In this document: positions 19,400-29,122 of the stretch, piece by piece
Numbering within the stretch: position 1 is the stretch's first letter
How the letters are laid out: each line of letters opens with the position of its first letter
Source: Gammaproteobacteria bacterium
GTDB taxonomy: Bacteria > Pseudomonadota > Gammaproteobacteria > Pseudomonadales > M0112
Reading direction: 5' to 3'
NCBI GenBank assembly: GCA_006227085.1
Contig: SBFY01000188.1
Location: 1 to 34,789, forward strand
Length of the DNA: 34,789 nucleotides
Position numbers and translations under genes: made by a program
Notes under the pieces: generated by a model
What the model was told of the DNA's origin: nothing
Databases searched by the model: none
What the model saw: only the letters and a program-made list of their open reading frames with translations

Positions 19400-20037
19400 T
19401 GTGGCTGGATAACCTCCAACATTACCTGTACATCCTGTTCACCTTGCTGGTGATTGTGGATCCGCTCGCAGCGATTCCCTTGTTTATCCATTACACGGAC
19501 GGGCAAACCCGGCAAGAACAGCGACAGATCGCCAAGGTGTGCGCAGCAGCAGTTGGCACTGTACTGATCACCAGCATTTTCCTGGGCGATCCCTTGCTGC
19601 GCTTTTTCGGCATCAGCTTGTCGTCGTTCCGGGTTGGCGCAGGCATTTGCATCCTGTTGATGGCCATTGCCATGCTCAATGCACGTTTGGGCGGTGCACG
19701 CGCAACCCCGGAAGAAAAACTCGAAGCCGAAGACAAGGACAGCGTCGCGGTGGTACCACTGGCCATCCCGATATTGGCCGGGCCAGGTGCCATCAGTAGC
19801 ATGATTGTGTATTCACACTCATTGCATCACTGGTGGGAACTCGCTGTACTGACTGGCATTGCATTACTGATTGCAGGCAGCGTGGCAATCACCCTGTTCC
19901 TGGCGGAACCGATCGCCCGTCGCGTTGGCAAGACCGGCATCAACATCGCGACGCGCATCCTGGGCTTGATACTGATGGCTGTTGCCGTGGAATTCATGGC
20001 CACTGGCCTGCGGGATTTGTTCCCCGTCTTGCAATAA
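19399..20037 (+). CDS. MarC family inner membrane protein
   Basis: IVDPLAAIPLF, VVPLAIPILAGPGAIS, TRILGLIL. TAATG overlap with the USP gene. Confidence 0.92.
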   Translation: MWLDNLQHYLYILFTLLVIVDPLAAIPLFIHYTDGQTRQEQRQIAKVCAAAVGTVLITSIFLGDPLLRFFGISLSSFRVGAGICILLMAIAMLNARLGGARATPEEKLEAEDKDSVAVVPLAIPILAGPGAISSMIVYSHSLHHWWELAVLTGIALLIAGSVAITLFLAEPIARRVGKTGINIATRILGLILMAVAVEFMATGLRDLFPVLQ

Positions 20038-20040
20038 CGT

Positions 20041-21249
20041 TCAGCGCAAGACCAGCATCACACATTCCACCAACAGGAATCCGCCCGCACCCAACGCGCC
20101 CGCAACAGGCACCCATAGCGGTATTTCCAACCCCGGTGATGGCCCATCGCGGCGCTTGATCACCACCAGGGCTGCATTGGCCAGTACAAACACCGCCAGC
20201 GTGATAAAACTGGTCAGCCAGGCCAAATGCACCAACTCCAGCAACAGTGACAGCAGTAACACCGCGCCACCTACCCACAAGGTTGCCCGAACCGGTGTTT
20301 GCGTACGCGTTGCCACCTCGGCCAGTGCGCGGGGCGCCAACGCACGCACGGCCATCCCGTACAAAATCCGCGATGACTTGATGACCTGTACCAAGGCGCC
20401 ATTGATTACCGCCATGGCACTGATCGCAATAATCCACACCGACCATTGCGGAAACACAGCGCTCACGACTGTTGCCACCGGCGCATCGCTATCGGCCAAG
20501 ACCTGCGGCGATGCCACACACAACGCCGCGATGGAAACCGTCAAATACAGCACCATGGAAAGCAACAATGCCAGCAAGATGCCACGCGGCATCGTGCGCA
20601 CCGGATCCTTGACCTCTTCGGCCACATTGATCATGTCCTCAAACCCGAGAAAGGCATAAAAAGCGAGAAAAGCCCCAGCGAACACCCCTTGCCAACGGAT
20701 GGCATCCGGCCACTCCGGCAACGCCAGTGGCTGCAGGCTATGGGACGCATCACCCACACCGGCAGCGGCAATCACCGCCAGCAAACCCAGCACTTCCACC
20801 ACGGTGAGGAACGCCGCAGCAGAGACCGACTCCTGGATGCCCCAAGCGGCCAATAACACCAGGCCAGCCAGCAACACACATTTGAGCAATGTCGCCGACA
20901 CGGGCCAGAGCTGCTGCACATAGCCGACCACGCCATTGATGACGGTGGCCGACGAAATAATCCCCACCGCAACGATCAACCAGCCAGTCAGTTGCGACAA
21001 CCACGGCCGCTGGAAGGCCGCTTGCACAAAGGCCGCCTCACCGGCACTCACCGGCAAGCGACTACCCAACTCGGCATAAGAGAACGCGGCTAAGCCGGCA
21101 ATCACTCCCGCCAACAGGAATGCCAACGGTGCGCCGGTTCCAGCCAGACCGGCCACCTCACCGATCAGCACATAAATGCCAGCGCCAAGGATCGTACCCA
21201 GCCCGTAAAAGACCAGGAATGGCAAGGTTAGACTACGGCGTAATCCCAT
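20041..21249 (-). CDS. APC-superfamily amino acid permease
   Basis: GTILGAGIY, YAELGSRLP..AGE, FYAFLGFED..NVAEEVKDP.RTMP. Confidence 0.9.
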   Translation of the reverse strand: MGLRRSLTLPFLVFYGLGTILGAGIYVLIGEVAGLAGTGAPLAFLLAGVIAGLAAFSYAELGSRLPVSAGEAAFVQAAFQRPWLSQLTGWLIVAVGIISSATVINGVVGYVQQLWPVSATLLKCVLLAGLVLLAAWGIQESVSAAAFLTVVEVLGLLAVIAAAGVGDASHSLQPLALPEWPDAIRWQGVFAGAFLAFYAFLGFEDMINVAEEVKDPVRTMPRGILLALLLSMVLYLTVSIAALCVASPQVLADSDAPVATVVSAVFPQWSVWIIAISAMAVINGALVQVIKSSRILYGMAVRALAPRALAEVATRTQTPVRATLWVGGAVLLLSLLLELVHLAWLTSFITLAVFVLANAALVVIKRRDGPSPGLEIPLWVPVAGALGAGGFLLVECVMLVLR

Positions 21250-21285
21250 CGCATCATCCCGTACACAAACGCCCCGCGCATGAAG

Positions 21286-21320
21286 AAAGCAAAACGGGGC
21301 GGCTTGCGCCTACCCCGTTT
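21286..21320 (-). terminator. Intrinsic terminator after hsp20
   Basis: Minus strand AAACGGGG-TAGGCGCAAGCCG-CCCCGTTTT-GCTTT. Confidence 0.65.
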
Positions 21321-21350
21321 CATCTTACCCCAAGCGGTACCCCAAGGCTG

Positions 21351-21803
21351 TCAGCGGATGCTGATGCGTTTGCTCTCGGGTTTTTCCGGCACATGCTTCG
21401 GGATGGTGATGGTCAACACCCCATCCTTGAACTCGGCATCCACCTCGGATTGCTTCACATCCGAGCCCAGGCTCAGGCGGCGCAGGTAGCTGCCGTAGTG
21501 GCGCTCACGGCGAATCACCTTGCCATCCTGTTTCTCGTCGGATTCTTTCTTCGTTTCCGCCTGGATGGTCAGCACCCCGTCTTCCACCGACAGGTGGATA
21601 TCGTCCTTGCTGATGCCCGGCAAATCGGTCGTCACCACGTAGGCATCATCCTTTTCATGGATGTCCAGGCGCGGAGCAACCAGTGTCTGGGCATTCTCGG
21701 CACCGGCCTTGCGAACCGGCCAGAAGAAATCGTTAAAGAAACTGTCGGTGTCGAACAACGGGTCCAGGCCACCGAACGGGTTATCACGCTTGATCAGGCT
21801 CAT
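21351..21803 (-). CDS. Hsp20/alpha-crystallin small heat shock protein
   Basis: PRLDIHE, DLPGISKDDI, RERHYGSY.R, AEFKDGVLTITIPK. Strong GGAGGAG RBS. Confidence 0.95.
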   Translation of the reverse strand: MSLIKRDNPFGGLDPLFDTDSFFNDFFWPVRKAGAENAQTLVAPRLDIHEKDDAYVVTTDLPGISKDDIHLSVEDGVLTIQAETKKESDEKQDGKVIRRERHYGSYLRRLSLGSDVKQSEVDAEFKDGVLTITIPKHVPEKPESKRISIR

Positions 21804-21853
21804 GGTCTCCTCCTCTCAGGGGTTCTGGCAGGGCAACCCTGCACTTACCCCCT

Positions 21854-21881
21854 AGATAGGGGTGCCTTGGTGAGTTTCAAG
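21854..21881 (-). promoter_or_regulatory. sigma32 (RpoH)-type promoter of hsp20
   Basis: Minus strand CTTGAA-13 nt-CCCCTATCT, close to the RpoH consensus CTTGAA-N13-15-CCCCATNT. Confidence 0.7.
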
Positions 21882-21901
21882 GGCAGCGAAATTGATACGG
21901 A

Positions 21902-24900
21902 TCAACCACCAAACCCCAACCAGCCGCCATATGCCACACCTTGGTAAGGTGAAGGACTGCTACTGATTAACCCCTGACTACCCATACCAAAGGAGCTACT
22001 GGCCCAAGAAAAAGGCTGCGCGACATCCAATGAAGTAAACGATAAGCCAACGGCCCCGAACCCGGATTGCACACGGTCTCGCAGACCTCCAAAGACAGCC
22101 TCACCCGGATTACCCTGTGCCCAATAATTGCCGCCGGAAAAAGGCTTCCAATCATCCAGAACCGTGGTTAGCAAACCCGCTACCTCGGGCACACCCCATG
22201 CTTGCCACAAGTTTTCCAGCCATTGATTACTTGTCGGCAGGGCAGCTTCCCCTGCCGGCTCTTCCACTACGACTTCTACCGGATCAACACTGCCTTGTGG
22301 CCCCACACGGATATCGACCACACCCGAAGCATATTCCAGCCCATCACTGACCCGGTAAAAGAGCTGGTGCTGCCCCTCGCTGGCATGGATATTGAGCACT
22401 GCGGAGCGCGTTAACTGGACATCCAGTTCACGCGATATATCCCAGACATCCGTGACGACAAGGTAGTCACCGTCGATATCGGATGACGCCTCCAGTAACT
22501 CCAGCAATGGCAAGGAAAACTCTTGTTGCTCGCTGGTGACTGAAAAGCCGTTGGTAACAGGTGCATGATTGCTTTCCATCACAGCAGACACTGATGCTTC
22601 AATCGGGTTGGCATCTGACCATCGGCTGATGTTGTCACTGATTTGTTCAATACGGAATGCGTCATCAACAAACCAGTCGCGAATGCGCCATTGGGAATAC
22701 ATCGGGTCCGGCAATACCTCATTGACTGGCAGATTACGCATCCTGAGCAGCAGGTCATCGCCCGACCGGAGGACCTCATCAACACCCATCGCCTTAGGCT
22801 CATGGATAATCGAACTGATCAATACATCTTCACCGCCAGGATCCCGGAAATTCACCGTTGGCGGCAAACCATTCACCCATATCATGGAAAACGGTGACCA
22901 CCTGTCATCACCGTCCGTACCTACCATCTCTTGCACGGGAGACACCGGCAGCCAGTCCACCTGATCTGCACCCATTCGCATACTGATCGACTGGGCAGAT
23001 CGCATGGATCCATCGCTGTTAGCCATTAGCAACTGGTCATCGTCAGCGTAGCGCACCGACAACATCCCGTTGTGTATCCCAACAAATACCTGATCCGGCA
23101 AGACATCCCCTGAAAACAGCAATTCCACGGGGGCATCAGTGAACAACCGATCAACACCTGAGCCAGCGACCAGCTCCACTTCAACCTGGCCAGCCGTAAC
23201 TGCATAGTCCTGCTGGCCCGGAGTCATCACCAGGGTGGCAATATTCCCACCCGCATCAAGCTGTAACGATTCTGTGAATGCCGGCAAGATCCAACGACTA
23301 TCAGTCGCTGCATTCGCCACGACACGGTCATACCCCCCATCGGCGTCTTCAGTGATCACTGGTCGATAGGCACCAATGTCATACACATCATCGTCACTGC
23401 CACCCACCAACTGGTTCATGTCATCACCAGCCACCAGCCGGTCATTGCCGGAACCACCGGATAGCATCACCGGCGATGCACCACCCACCAAGGTGTCATC
23501 ACCCCAGTCACCAAAAAATTGGCCTTCACTGTTGCCGGTATACACCGTGTCATCACCGTAACCCCCATGCCAGTCATCGCCCGCATAGGCAACATCAACA
23601 AAACTGGCGAGGTCGTTGTAATCGCTGCCTTGCTGCTGCGTTTGGCTATCGCGCCGGCCTGCCAGCAAGTCTCCCAAGGCCATCGTTTCATAACCCTGGT
23701 TACCGCTATCCCAGTAATACAACTGCCAGGAAGCAGCCGCTGCCGATTCCAGCTGGATAATATCCCCGGAATAAACCGAATAAGTAATAAACACAGCCCC
23801 ATTGACCGCGTTCGCCTCGAGATCCGCCCGCTGGATACCACCTTCAAAGTACAACACGCTATCCGCATCTTCGTCGCGCAAGACATCAAAGCCATCGCCG
23901 GCAAAGAAACGGTAACGGTCTGCACCGGAACCACCTTCCAGCAAGTCACTCCCGATGCCCCCTTCCAGCCAGTCATCGCCATCACCCGCAATCAGGAAGT
24001 CATCACCCGCTCCACCAGCAAGCCAGTCATTACCGGCCTCACCATGTAGCCAGTCCCTGTCCGCATCACCATTGAGCCAATCGGCATCGGCACCGCCATA
24101 CAAAGTGTCCATGCCAGCACCACCATGGATCACATCCTGCCCGGCATCACCGTAAGCCGTATCGTTGCCAGCACCGGCTTCCAACTGGTCATTGCCAGCA
24201 CCGCCACGCAACACATCGTCATCGGCGCCACCGTCCAGCCAATCATCACCAGACCCACCGAGCAGGTGGTCTGTGCCCGCCTCACCAAACAGCCGGTCAC
24301 GGCCACCCTGCCCCGCCGACTCCAACACAGGATCATCGCCGTGCAAGTAATCATTGCCAGCGCCACCCTGCAGCAGGTCATCGCCGCCGTTGCCATACAA
24401 GGTATCCCGGCCCAGACCACCCAGCAGCACATCATTGCCATGCAAGGCCAATGGCAATTCGGCAAAAGCCACCGGATCAACGCCCTCCAGCGCACTGTTA
24501 ATGGCACTCGGGCCGAATGCGGTAAAACCATAGAGGAATGCCGATTCATCAAAAAACGGATCGCGATTGATGCGATCACCCATCAACACATCATCATCGG
24601 CACCACCGCTCAGTACGTCGTTACCAAGCTCGCCAAACAGCCAGTCATTGCCTGTGCCACCATCCAGCACATCGTTATAGGAAAGGAGCGCTGCATCACC
24701 CCAGGGTTGTAACACATCGCTGGTATCCAGCATCGCCATCAATGGCCGGAGATAGCGGAAGCGATCTTCGCCACCAACAGCCTCGTCACGCACCCATGCG
24801 TGATAGATCCCGAAACGGGAATCCCCCCACAAGTAGTCCACGCCGGCACCACCGGACAACCAGTCATCGCCGGGATTGCCATACAAGTGATCGTTATCAC

Positions 24901-27112
24901 CCTGCCCCAGCAGGATGTCTTCGCTATTGCCACCCAACAGCCAGTCATCGCCGGCACCACCATCCAGGAAATCCCTGTCCGCAGGTATGTCCTTGCCGAT
25001 GTAATCGAGGAACGACTGCGCAAAAAGAAAGTCACGGCCTTCACCGCCATACACAAAATCCGAACCGGGGCCGCCGAACAGCAAGTCCATGCCACCACCA
25101 CCTTGCAACCAATCGCGACCACTGTTGCCATGGATTTCATCATCAAGCTGGCCACCGGTAGCGAAGTCCGTCAAACGTGACCCGAAAAAATACGCTTCAT
25201 TGAGATCGCCCTCTTCCACGCGCCCCTTGGCCAGCGTTGTTTCACCATACGCTGGCGACCATTGCAGGCTGGGCTCGCCGGATAACAGGGCAATATCCTG
25301 TTCCGCTGGCTGCGCTGGATCGAAGAAAGCGTCCGCACCTTCTGCCATGGGTAGCCACAGGCTATTCGCAAAACCGTTATCCCGGTCGAGCAATAAATAT
25401 CCGCTGTCGGTCTTGAGCAGGAGTTGATGGTCGCCATCGGTCGCCGAAAGACCCGTGAACCCTGCTTTCGACGTGAGCGCGCCCAATGCATCACCAGCAA
25501 CGCGTAATTCATCACCTGTCCACAAGGTTTCGGCGTAACGATCATGACCCTCCTGATCATGATTCCAGCCCAGCTCAATCACATCCTTGCCGTGACCACC
25601 CACAAAGACATCGTGGCCATTACCGCCCGCCAGGGTGTCATTGCCATCACCGCCTTCCAGCCAGTCATTGCCATGCAGGCCATATAAGGCATCAACACCG
25701 GCTGCACCGTACAAGTGATCAGCGCCCTCGCTGCCCAATAACTTGCCACCAGCCGCAAGGTTATAGGCCACTTGCATGCCTGTGATCCCATCCACCGCTG
25801 ACGCACTGCTGAACACCCTGTTGCTGCGCAAATCCCGGAATTGGATGGCGCCCGGCAAACCGACATAGCCCGTCGCCGATGGGGTATCGCTGCGATTGGA
25901 CTGCATGAGGCCGGTATAAAAAGCACTGCGATCGCGCCAGAACATGTCACTGTATTGCTGGGGTGCATACTCCGTAGCAGATTGACGGGCGGCACCTGCC
26001 GACTCACCACCCAGCAGTGAAAATGCCTGCGCATTCATGGCGGCATACCGTGCTGCGCGACCTTCAGCCGTATCGGCATCCGCCATGGCTTGCAGCCAGG
26101 ATGCACCATGAGCCGCCATTGGCGTGATCGCGACAGCGTTGTCATAAGCCGCCAGGGCCTGGAACAGGATTTCGACATCCGTGGCAGCATCCGGCACTGA
26201 TTCCAGTCCTGCCCATGCCACCAACTGGGCATGAATGGTTTCCAGTGAGGTCGATGCCGTAGCGGAGGTCGCATCGAGGATGCGATAGATATCCTGCAAA
26301 CCTTCCGGCAGCAGCAAGGCATTATCCAGGTGCTGCAGTACGCGATAGATCGCAAGGCTTTGCACCATCTTTGCAATGGCATGGTTTTCTGACGCTGATT
26401 CCGATGCCTCGATAAACACCGGCGTCGAGCCACCCGGGCGAGCAAACCAGCCATTTTCAGCTGCCGTCAGCTCGATGCCCTTGTCCGCATAGAAGTTATG
26501 CACCTTGGCTGGATCCAGTGGCTTGTCCTGCACCAGCGGCAGGATATGGTTCAACCAAAGACGATCCAGGGGTGCAATGCCGGCACCGTTGAAGGTGTAC
26601 ACCTCCTTCACCAGTTCCGGGTATTTATAGGCCGCCAGCAAGGCAAGATGGCCACCAAGACTGTGCCCCGCAAACGTCACCTGCCCCTTGTAAGCGGCAA
26701 CCACTTGCCCGTCGTCGGTGATCAGGCCAGCGTTTTTCAGGAAACGGTCAACCGAGGAGGCCTGACCGATACGGAAGAAATCCGCGAGGAATTGCAGGCC
26801 AACGGCCAAAGAACCGTCATTGAGGATATCCATCAGCGAAGACAGTGCGTCACCACTACTGCCAAAATTGAATTCCGTGCCGCGAAAGGCAACGGTTGTG
26901 CCACCGGAAGGGGCGGTCAGGACGAAGGCGTCGAGGCCGGATAATGCATCGGCCTTATGAGTAGCCTTAAAGTTTTTGAGATAAAACTCAGCTTGTGCTT
27001 CTGAAAAATCTCTATTAATCAGCGAATTAACTATATCGCCGACTTGATCATTATATAAATCAACATACGCGGCATCAGCCAGCAAAGCAGAAAGATATAT
27101 TTTGCTATCCAT
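21902..27112 (-). CDS. RTX (hemolysin-type Ca2+-binding repeat) protein with an N-terminal alpha/beta-hydrolase (lipase) domain and a C-terminal cadherin-like domain
   Basis: VAFRGTE, GHSLGG, YTFNGAG and NHAI in the first ~260 aa. Dozens of GGxGxDxL nonapeptides follow, then IRDWF.....RIEQI and NHAP...DIDGD...YRVSDG. Confidence 0.9.
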   Translation of the reverse strand: MDSKIYLSALLADAAYVDLYNDQVGDIVNSLINRDFSEAQAEFYLKNFKATHKADALSGLDAFVLTAPSGGTTVAFRGTEFNFGSSGDALSSLMDILNDGSLAVGLQFLADFFRIGQASSVDRFLKNAGLITDDGQVVAAYKGQVTFAGHSLGGHLALLAAYKYPELVKEVYTFNGAGIAPLDRLWLNHILPLVQDKPLDPAKVHNFYADKGIELTAAENGWFARPGGSTPVFIEASESASENHAIAKMVQSLAIYRVLQHLDNALLLPEGLQDIYRILDATSATASTSLETIHAQLVAWAGLESVPDAATDVEILFQALAAYDNAVAITPMAAHGASWLQAMADADTAEGRAARYAAMNAQAFSLLGGESAGAARQSATEYAPQQYSDMFWRDRSAFYTGLMQSNRSDTPSATGYVGLPGAIQFRDLRSNRVFSSASAVDGITGMQVAYNLAAGGKLLGSEGADHLYGAAGVDALYGLHGNDWLEGGDGNDTLAGGNGHDVFVGGHGKDVIELGWNHDQEGHDRYAETLWTGDELRVAGDALGALTSKAGFTGLSATDGDHQLLLKTDSGYLLLDRDNGFANSLWLPMAEGADAFFDPAQPAEQDIALLSGEPSLQWSPAYGETTLAKGRVEEGDLNEAYFFGSRLTDFATGGQLDDEIHGNSGRDWLQGGGGMDLLFGGPGSDFVYGGEGRDFLFAQSFLDYIGKDIPADRDFLDGGAGDDWLLGGNSEDILLGQGDNDHLYGNPGDDWLSGGAGVDYLWGDSRFGIYHAWVRDEAVGGEDRFRYLRPLMAMLDTSDVLQPWGDAALLSYNDVLDGGTGNDWLFGELGNDVLSGGADDDVLMGDRINRDPFFDESAFLYGFTAFGPSAINSALEGVDPVAFAELPLALHGNDVLLGGLGRDTLYGNGGDDLLQGGAGNDYLHGDDPVLESAGQGGRDRLFGEAGTDHLLGGSGDDWLDGGADDDVLRGGAGNDQLEAGAGNDTAYGDAGQDVIHGGAGMDTLYGGADADWLNGDADRDWLHGEAGNDWLAGGAGDDFLIAGDGDDWLEGGIGSDLLEGGSGADRYRFFAGDGFDVLRDEDADSVLYFEGGIQRADLEANAVNGAVFITYSVYSGDIIQLESAAAASWQLYYWDSGNQGYETMALGDLLAGRRDSQTQQQGSDYNDLASFVDVAYAGDDWHGGYGDDTVYTGNSEGQFFGDWGDDTLVGGASPVMLSGGSGNDRLVAGDDMNQLVGGSDDDVYDIGAYRPVITEDADGGYDRVVANAATDSRWILPAFTESLQLDAGGNIATLVMTPGQQDYAVTAGQVEVELVAGSGVDRLFTDAPVELLFSGDVLPDQVFVGIHNGMLSVRYADDDQLLMANSDGSMRSAQSISMRMGADQVDWLPVSPVQEMVGTDGDDRWSPFSMIWVNGLPPTVNFRDPGGEDVLISSIIHEPKAMGVDEVLRSGDDLLLRMRNLPVNEVLPDPMYSQWRIRDWFVDDAFRIEQISDNISRWSDANPIEASVSAVMESNHAPVTNGFSVTSEQQEFSLPLLELLEASSDIDGDYLVVTDVWDISRELDVQLTRSAVLNIHASEGQHQLFYRVSDGLEYASGVVDIRVGPQGSVDPVEVVVEEPAGEAALPTSNQWLENLWQAWGVPEVAGLLTTVLDDWKPFSGGNYWAQGNPGEAVFGGLRDRVQSGFGAVGLSFTSLDVAQPFSWASSSFGMGSQGLISSSPSPYQGVAYGGWLGFGG

Positions 27113-27137
27113 GACAAATCCTTTTGTCTAAATGGTT

Positions 27138-27794
27138 TTAATGAAAGACTTTATCTAGCAGCGATGAATCCGTAAGGCCACCTTTCTCATAATAAGTGTT
27201 TACACATACCCTGCTTCCGTAATCTTTTCCAAGCCCATAATCTTTCGGGATAAAGCTAAAAAGATTTTTTCTCAGGAGAACTTCACTCGTATTTGAATCA
27301 ATAACTTCAAATTTACTCTTTTGTATCGCTGAGCTTATCTCCTTATCAATAACATCTACCCTGAAATCAGATCTCACCCGATACCTGAATTCTTCTTCCA
27401 TCGGCAGTAGCTTGACGCATTGTTTTTCGAAAAACGTCTTGTTCTTTCGCAACAAAACACGCCCCTCGATTTCGTTAAAACATGCCGGATCGCCTTTGAG
27501 CCCTTTTTCATAGACATAACAGCCAGGCGGCTTGCGATCCGGGAAATAACCAAAGTAGCTTTTATTACAGAACCCCAAGCGTTGGAGCGACTGACTATCA
27601 ATCAGGGTTATGGCGCAAGTTGTATTGCAGCTATCCCATTCATAAAAAACCTCATCTGCCTGCACGGTCTTGTAGACATGCAGGCCGGATTCGGCCTCAC
27701 AAAGTTCCAGGAACTGGCGGTAATCGTCCCGCACAAACAGACTGCAGCCCAAGGCCAGTGCGGCCACAGCCGATATCACCCATACCCGTTTCAT
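27138..27794 (-). CDS. Cys-rich exported protein, probably a lipoprotein; candidate accessory/immunity partner of the RTX lipase
   Basis: MKRVWVISAVAALALGC is a signal peptide with a near-lipobox, followed by several further Cys. It lies 25 bp upstream of the RTX gene and is AT-rich. Confidence 0.7.
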   Translation of the reverse strand: MKRVWVISAVAALALGCSLFVRDDYRQFLELCEAESGLHVYKTVQADEVFYEWDSCNTTCAITLIDSQSLQRLGFCNKSYFGYFPDRKPPGCYVYEKGLKGDPACFNEIEGRVLLRKNKTFFEKQCVKLLPMEEEFRYRVRSDFRVDVIDKEISSAIQKSKFEVIDSNTSEVLLRKNLFSFIPKDYGLGKDYGSRVCVNTYYEKGGLTDSSLLDKVFH

Positions 27795-27925
27795 TCCGGT
27801 CTCCAGCACAGGAAAACCGGTATCTTAGTCAGCGATACGCTGCTGTCTGTAGGAAATATCGCAAATTGATTGCGGCCAATAGCTGGGCGAATTGTTATTG
27901 TGGCGTGATGCGGACTGGGCATTTA

Positions 27926-27953
27926 TGGATTCCCGCCTTCGCGGGAATGACGG
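27926..27953. repeat. REP/dRS3-like unit
   Basis: TGGATTCCCGCCTTCGCGGGAATGACGG, same family as 974-1001 and 1284-1312. Confidence 0.85.
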
Positions 27954-28042
27954 AGGGAGCACGTCGGTTCACTTGTCCATTTTGACGGCCTGGAACACCC
28001 TATCCAGAAAAGCCCTATCAACAGGAATGCGGTTCGATAGCT

Positions 28043-29119
28043 TCAGCGGACAGGCACCTTCACCACTTCCGCCTCGATCGCGCCCGGCATAGCCGCCACT
28101 TGCAGCCAGCGGAAGTAGATAAAGCCGTGCTCATGGCCGGCGGTTTCCAGCCAGTTGGGCTTGCCGGGGTCGCTGTGGGCGATGATCAATTCCCAGCTGC
28201 CGTCGTCGTTCAATTCCACATCCTGGTCTGACAGGGCGCACTGGAAATAGCGGAAATCAAAGGTCTGCATGCAGCTGTTCCACAAATGGCAGCTCCAGTA
28301 CAGGCAATCGGGCGATGTGCCGCGCAGGATGAGCGCTTCATCGGGCTTCAGTTTGAAGAAGCCGAAGCTGTGGATGTTATCGGGCGTGGACCAATGCCCC
28401 GTTGAGGCGCTGGCCTGGAACGGCGGGCACGGCTGGTTGTAGGCGGCGATATCATCGGGCCACGGGATCGGGCTCATCGCAAACCACCCTTTCAGGAAGC
28501 TCACCAGCGACTGGATGCGCCGGGCCATGCTGGCAGCGCTTTCCGGCGCGGGCGGGCTCAGGCCGGCAACGGGTTCAATCAGCAGCAGCGCTTCGGTTTC
28601 ATATTCGATGGCGTGGAAATACTGGCGCACGATCAGGCTGTGCGTGTCTGGCTTCAATGCGATGACATTGCCGGTTTTGCCTTCGGGTTGTGTGGTCAGC
28701 AGCAATTCAAAATCGCCGTCTTCGTCAAACACCATCTGGCTGTGGTTGAGGTTGACGTGGATGTCGACTTTCTCGGCGCTGGCACCGCCATAGGTGGTGA
28801 ACGCGAGGTAGCAAGTGTCAGCCTTGTTGCCGGTAATACGGTAGTCGCGGTCACCACACAGCGGCGCGAAGTCATACAGGGCGTGGGCGTTGTCGCCACC
28901 CATTTTGCGCCAGGGATAGACAATGCGTGAAAACCGCGGGCGTTCGGGATCGTTATCGAGGTACAGGTCAATGCCGATCGCCGTCAAATCGAGGATGTGG
29001 CGATAACCTTCAGCAAGATCGATATCATCGCGCTGGTTACGCTCATTCAATAACTGCTGGCCAGCAGTTTGCAGCAGGGCTATCAGTTCGTTGAAGGCTT
29101 GTGTGTCGGCACGACTCAT
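28043..29119 (-). CDS. DUF1214-like protein (sulfotransferase-associated)
   Basis: KMGGDN...LY, YRITG, FKLKPDEALI, DPGKPNWLETAGH..GFIYFRW. It sits 3 bp after the sulfotransferase. Confidence 0.75.
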   Translation of the reverse strand: MSRADTQAFNELIALLQTAGQQLLNERNQRDDIDLAEGYRHILDLTAIGIDLYLDNDPERPRFSRIVYPWRKMGGDNAHALYDFAPLCGDRDYRITGNKADTCYLAFTTYGGASAEKVDIHVNLNHSQMVFDEDGDFELLLTTQPEGKTGNVIALKPDTHSLIVRQYFHAIEYETEALLLIEPVAGLSPPAPESAASMARRIQSLVSFLKGWFAMSPIPWPDDIAAYNQPCPPFQASASTGHWSTPDNIHSFGFFKLKPDEALILRGTSPDCLYWSCHLWNSCMQTFDFRYFQCALSDQDVELNDDGSWELIIAHSDPGKPNWLETAGHEHGFIYFRWLQVAAMPGAIEAEVVKVPVR

Positions 29120-29122
29120 ACG

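Noticed and set aside
14747-20037. lemA-M48-antiporter-USP-MarC run as a novel system
   Set aside because: lemA with an HtpX-like protease is a known pairing, and the rest are common envelope/stress genes with nothing unusual visible.
21804-21850. ROSE-type RNA thermometer in the hsp20 leader
   Set aside because: I could not find the U(U/C)GCU anti-SD motif or a convincing SD-occluding stem. The sigma32 promoter is enough to explain heat control.
23900-25200. Tandem repeat-like DNA, considered as a possible array
   Set aside because: Fully explained by coding RTX nonapeptide repeats.
27795-27925. lux box upstream of the RTX operon
   Set aside because: No match to the CTACCA-N4-TG[GA]TAG motif was seen, so quorum control of the RTX pair is unsupported.
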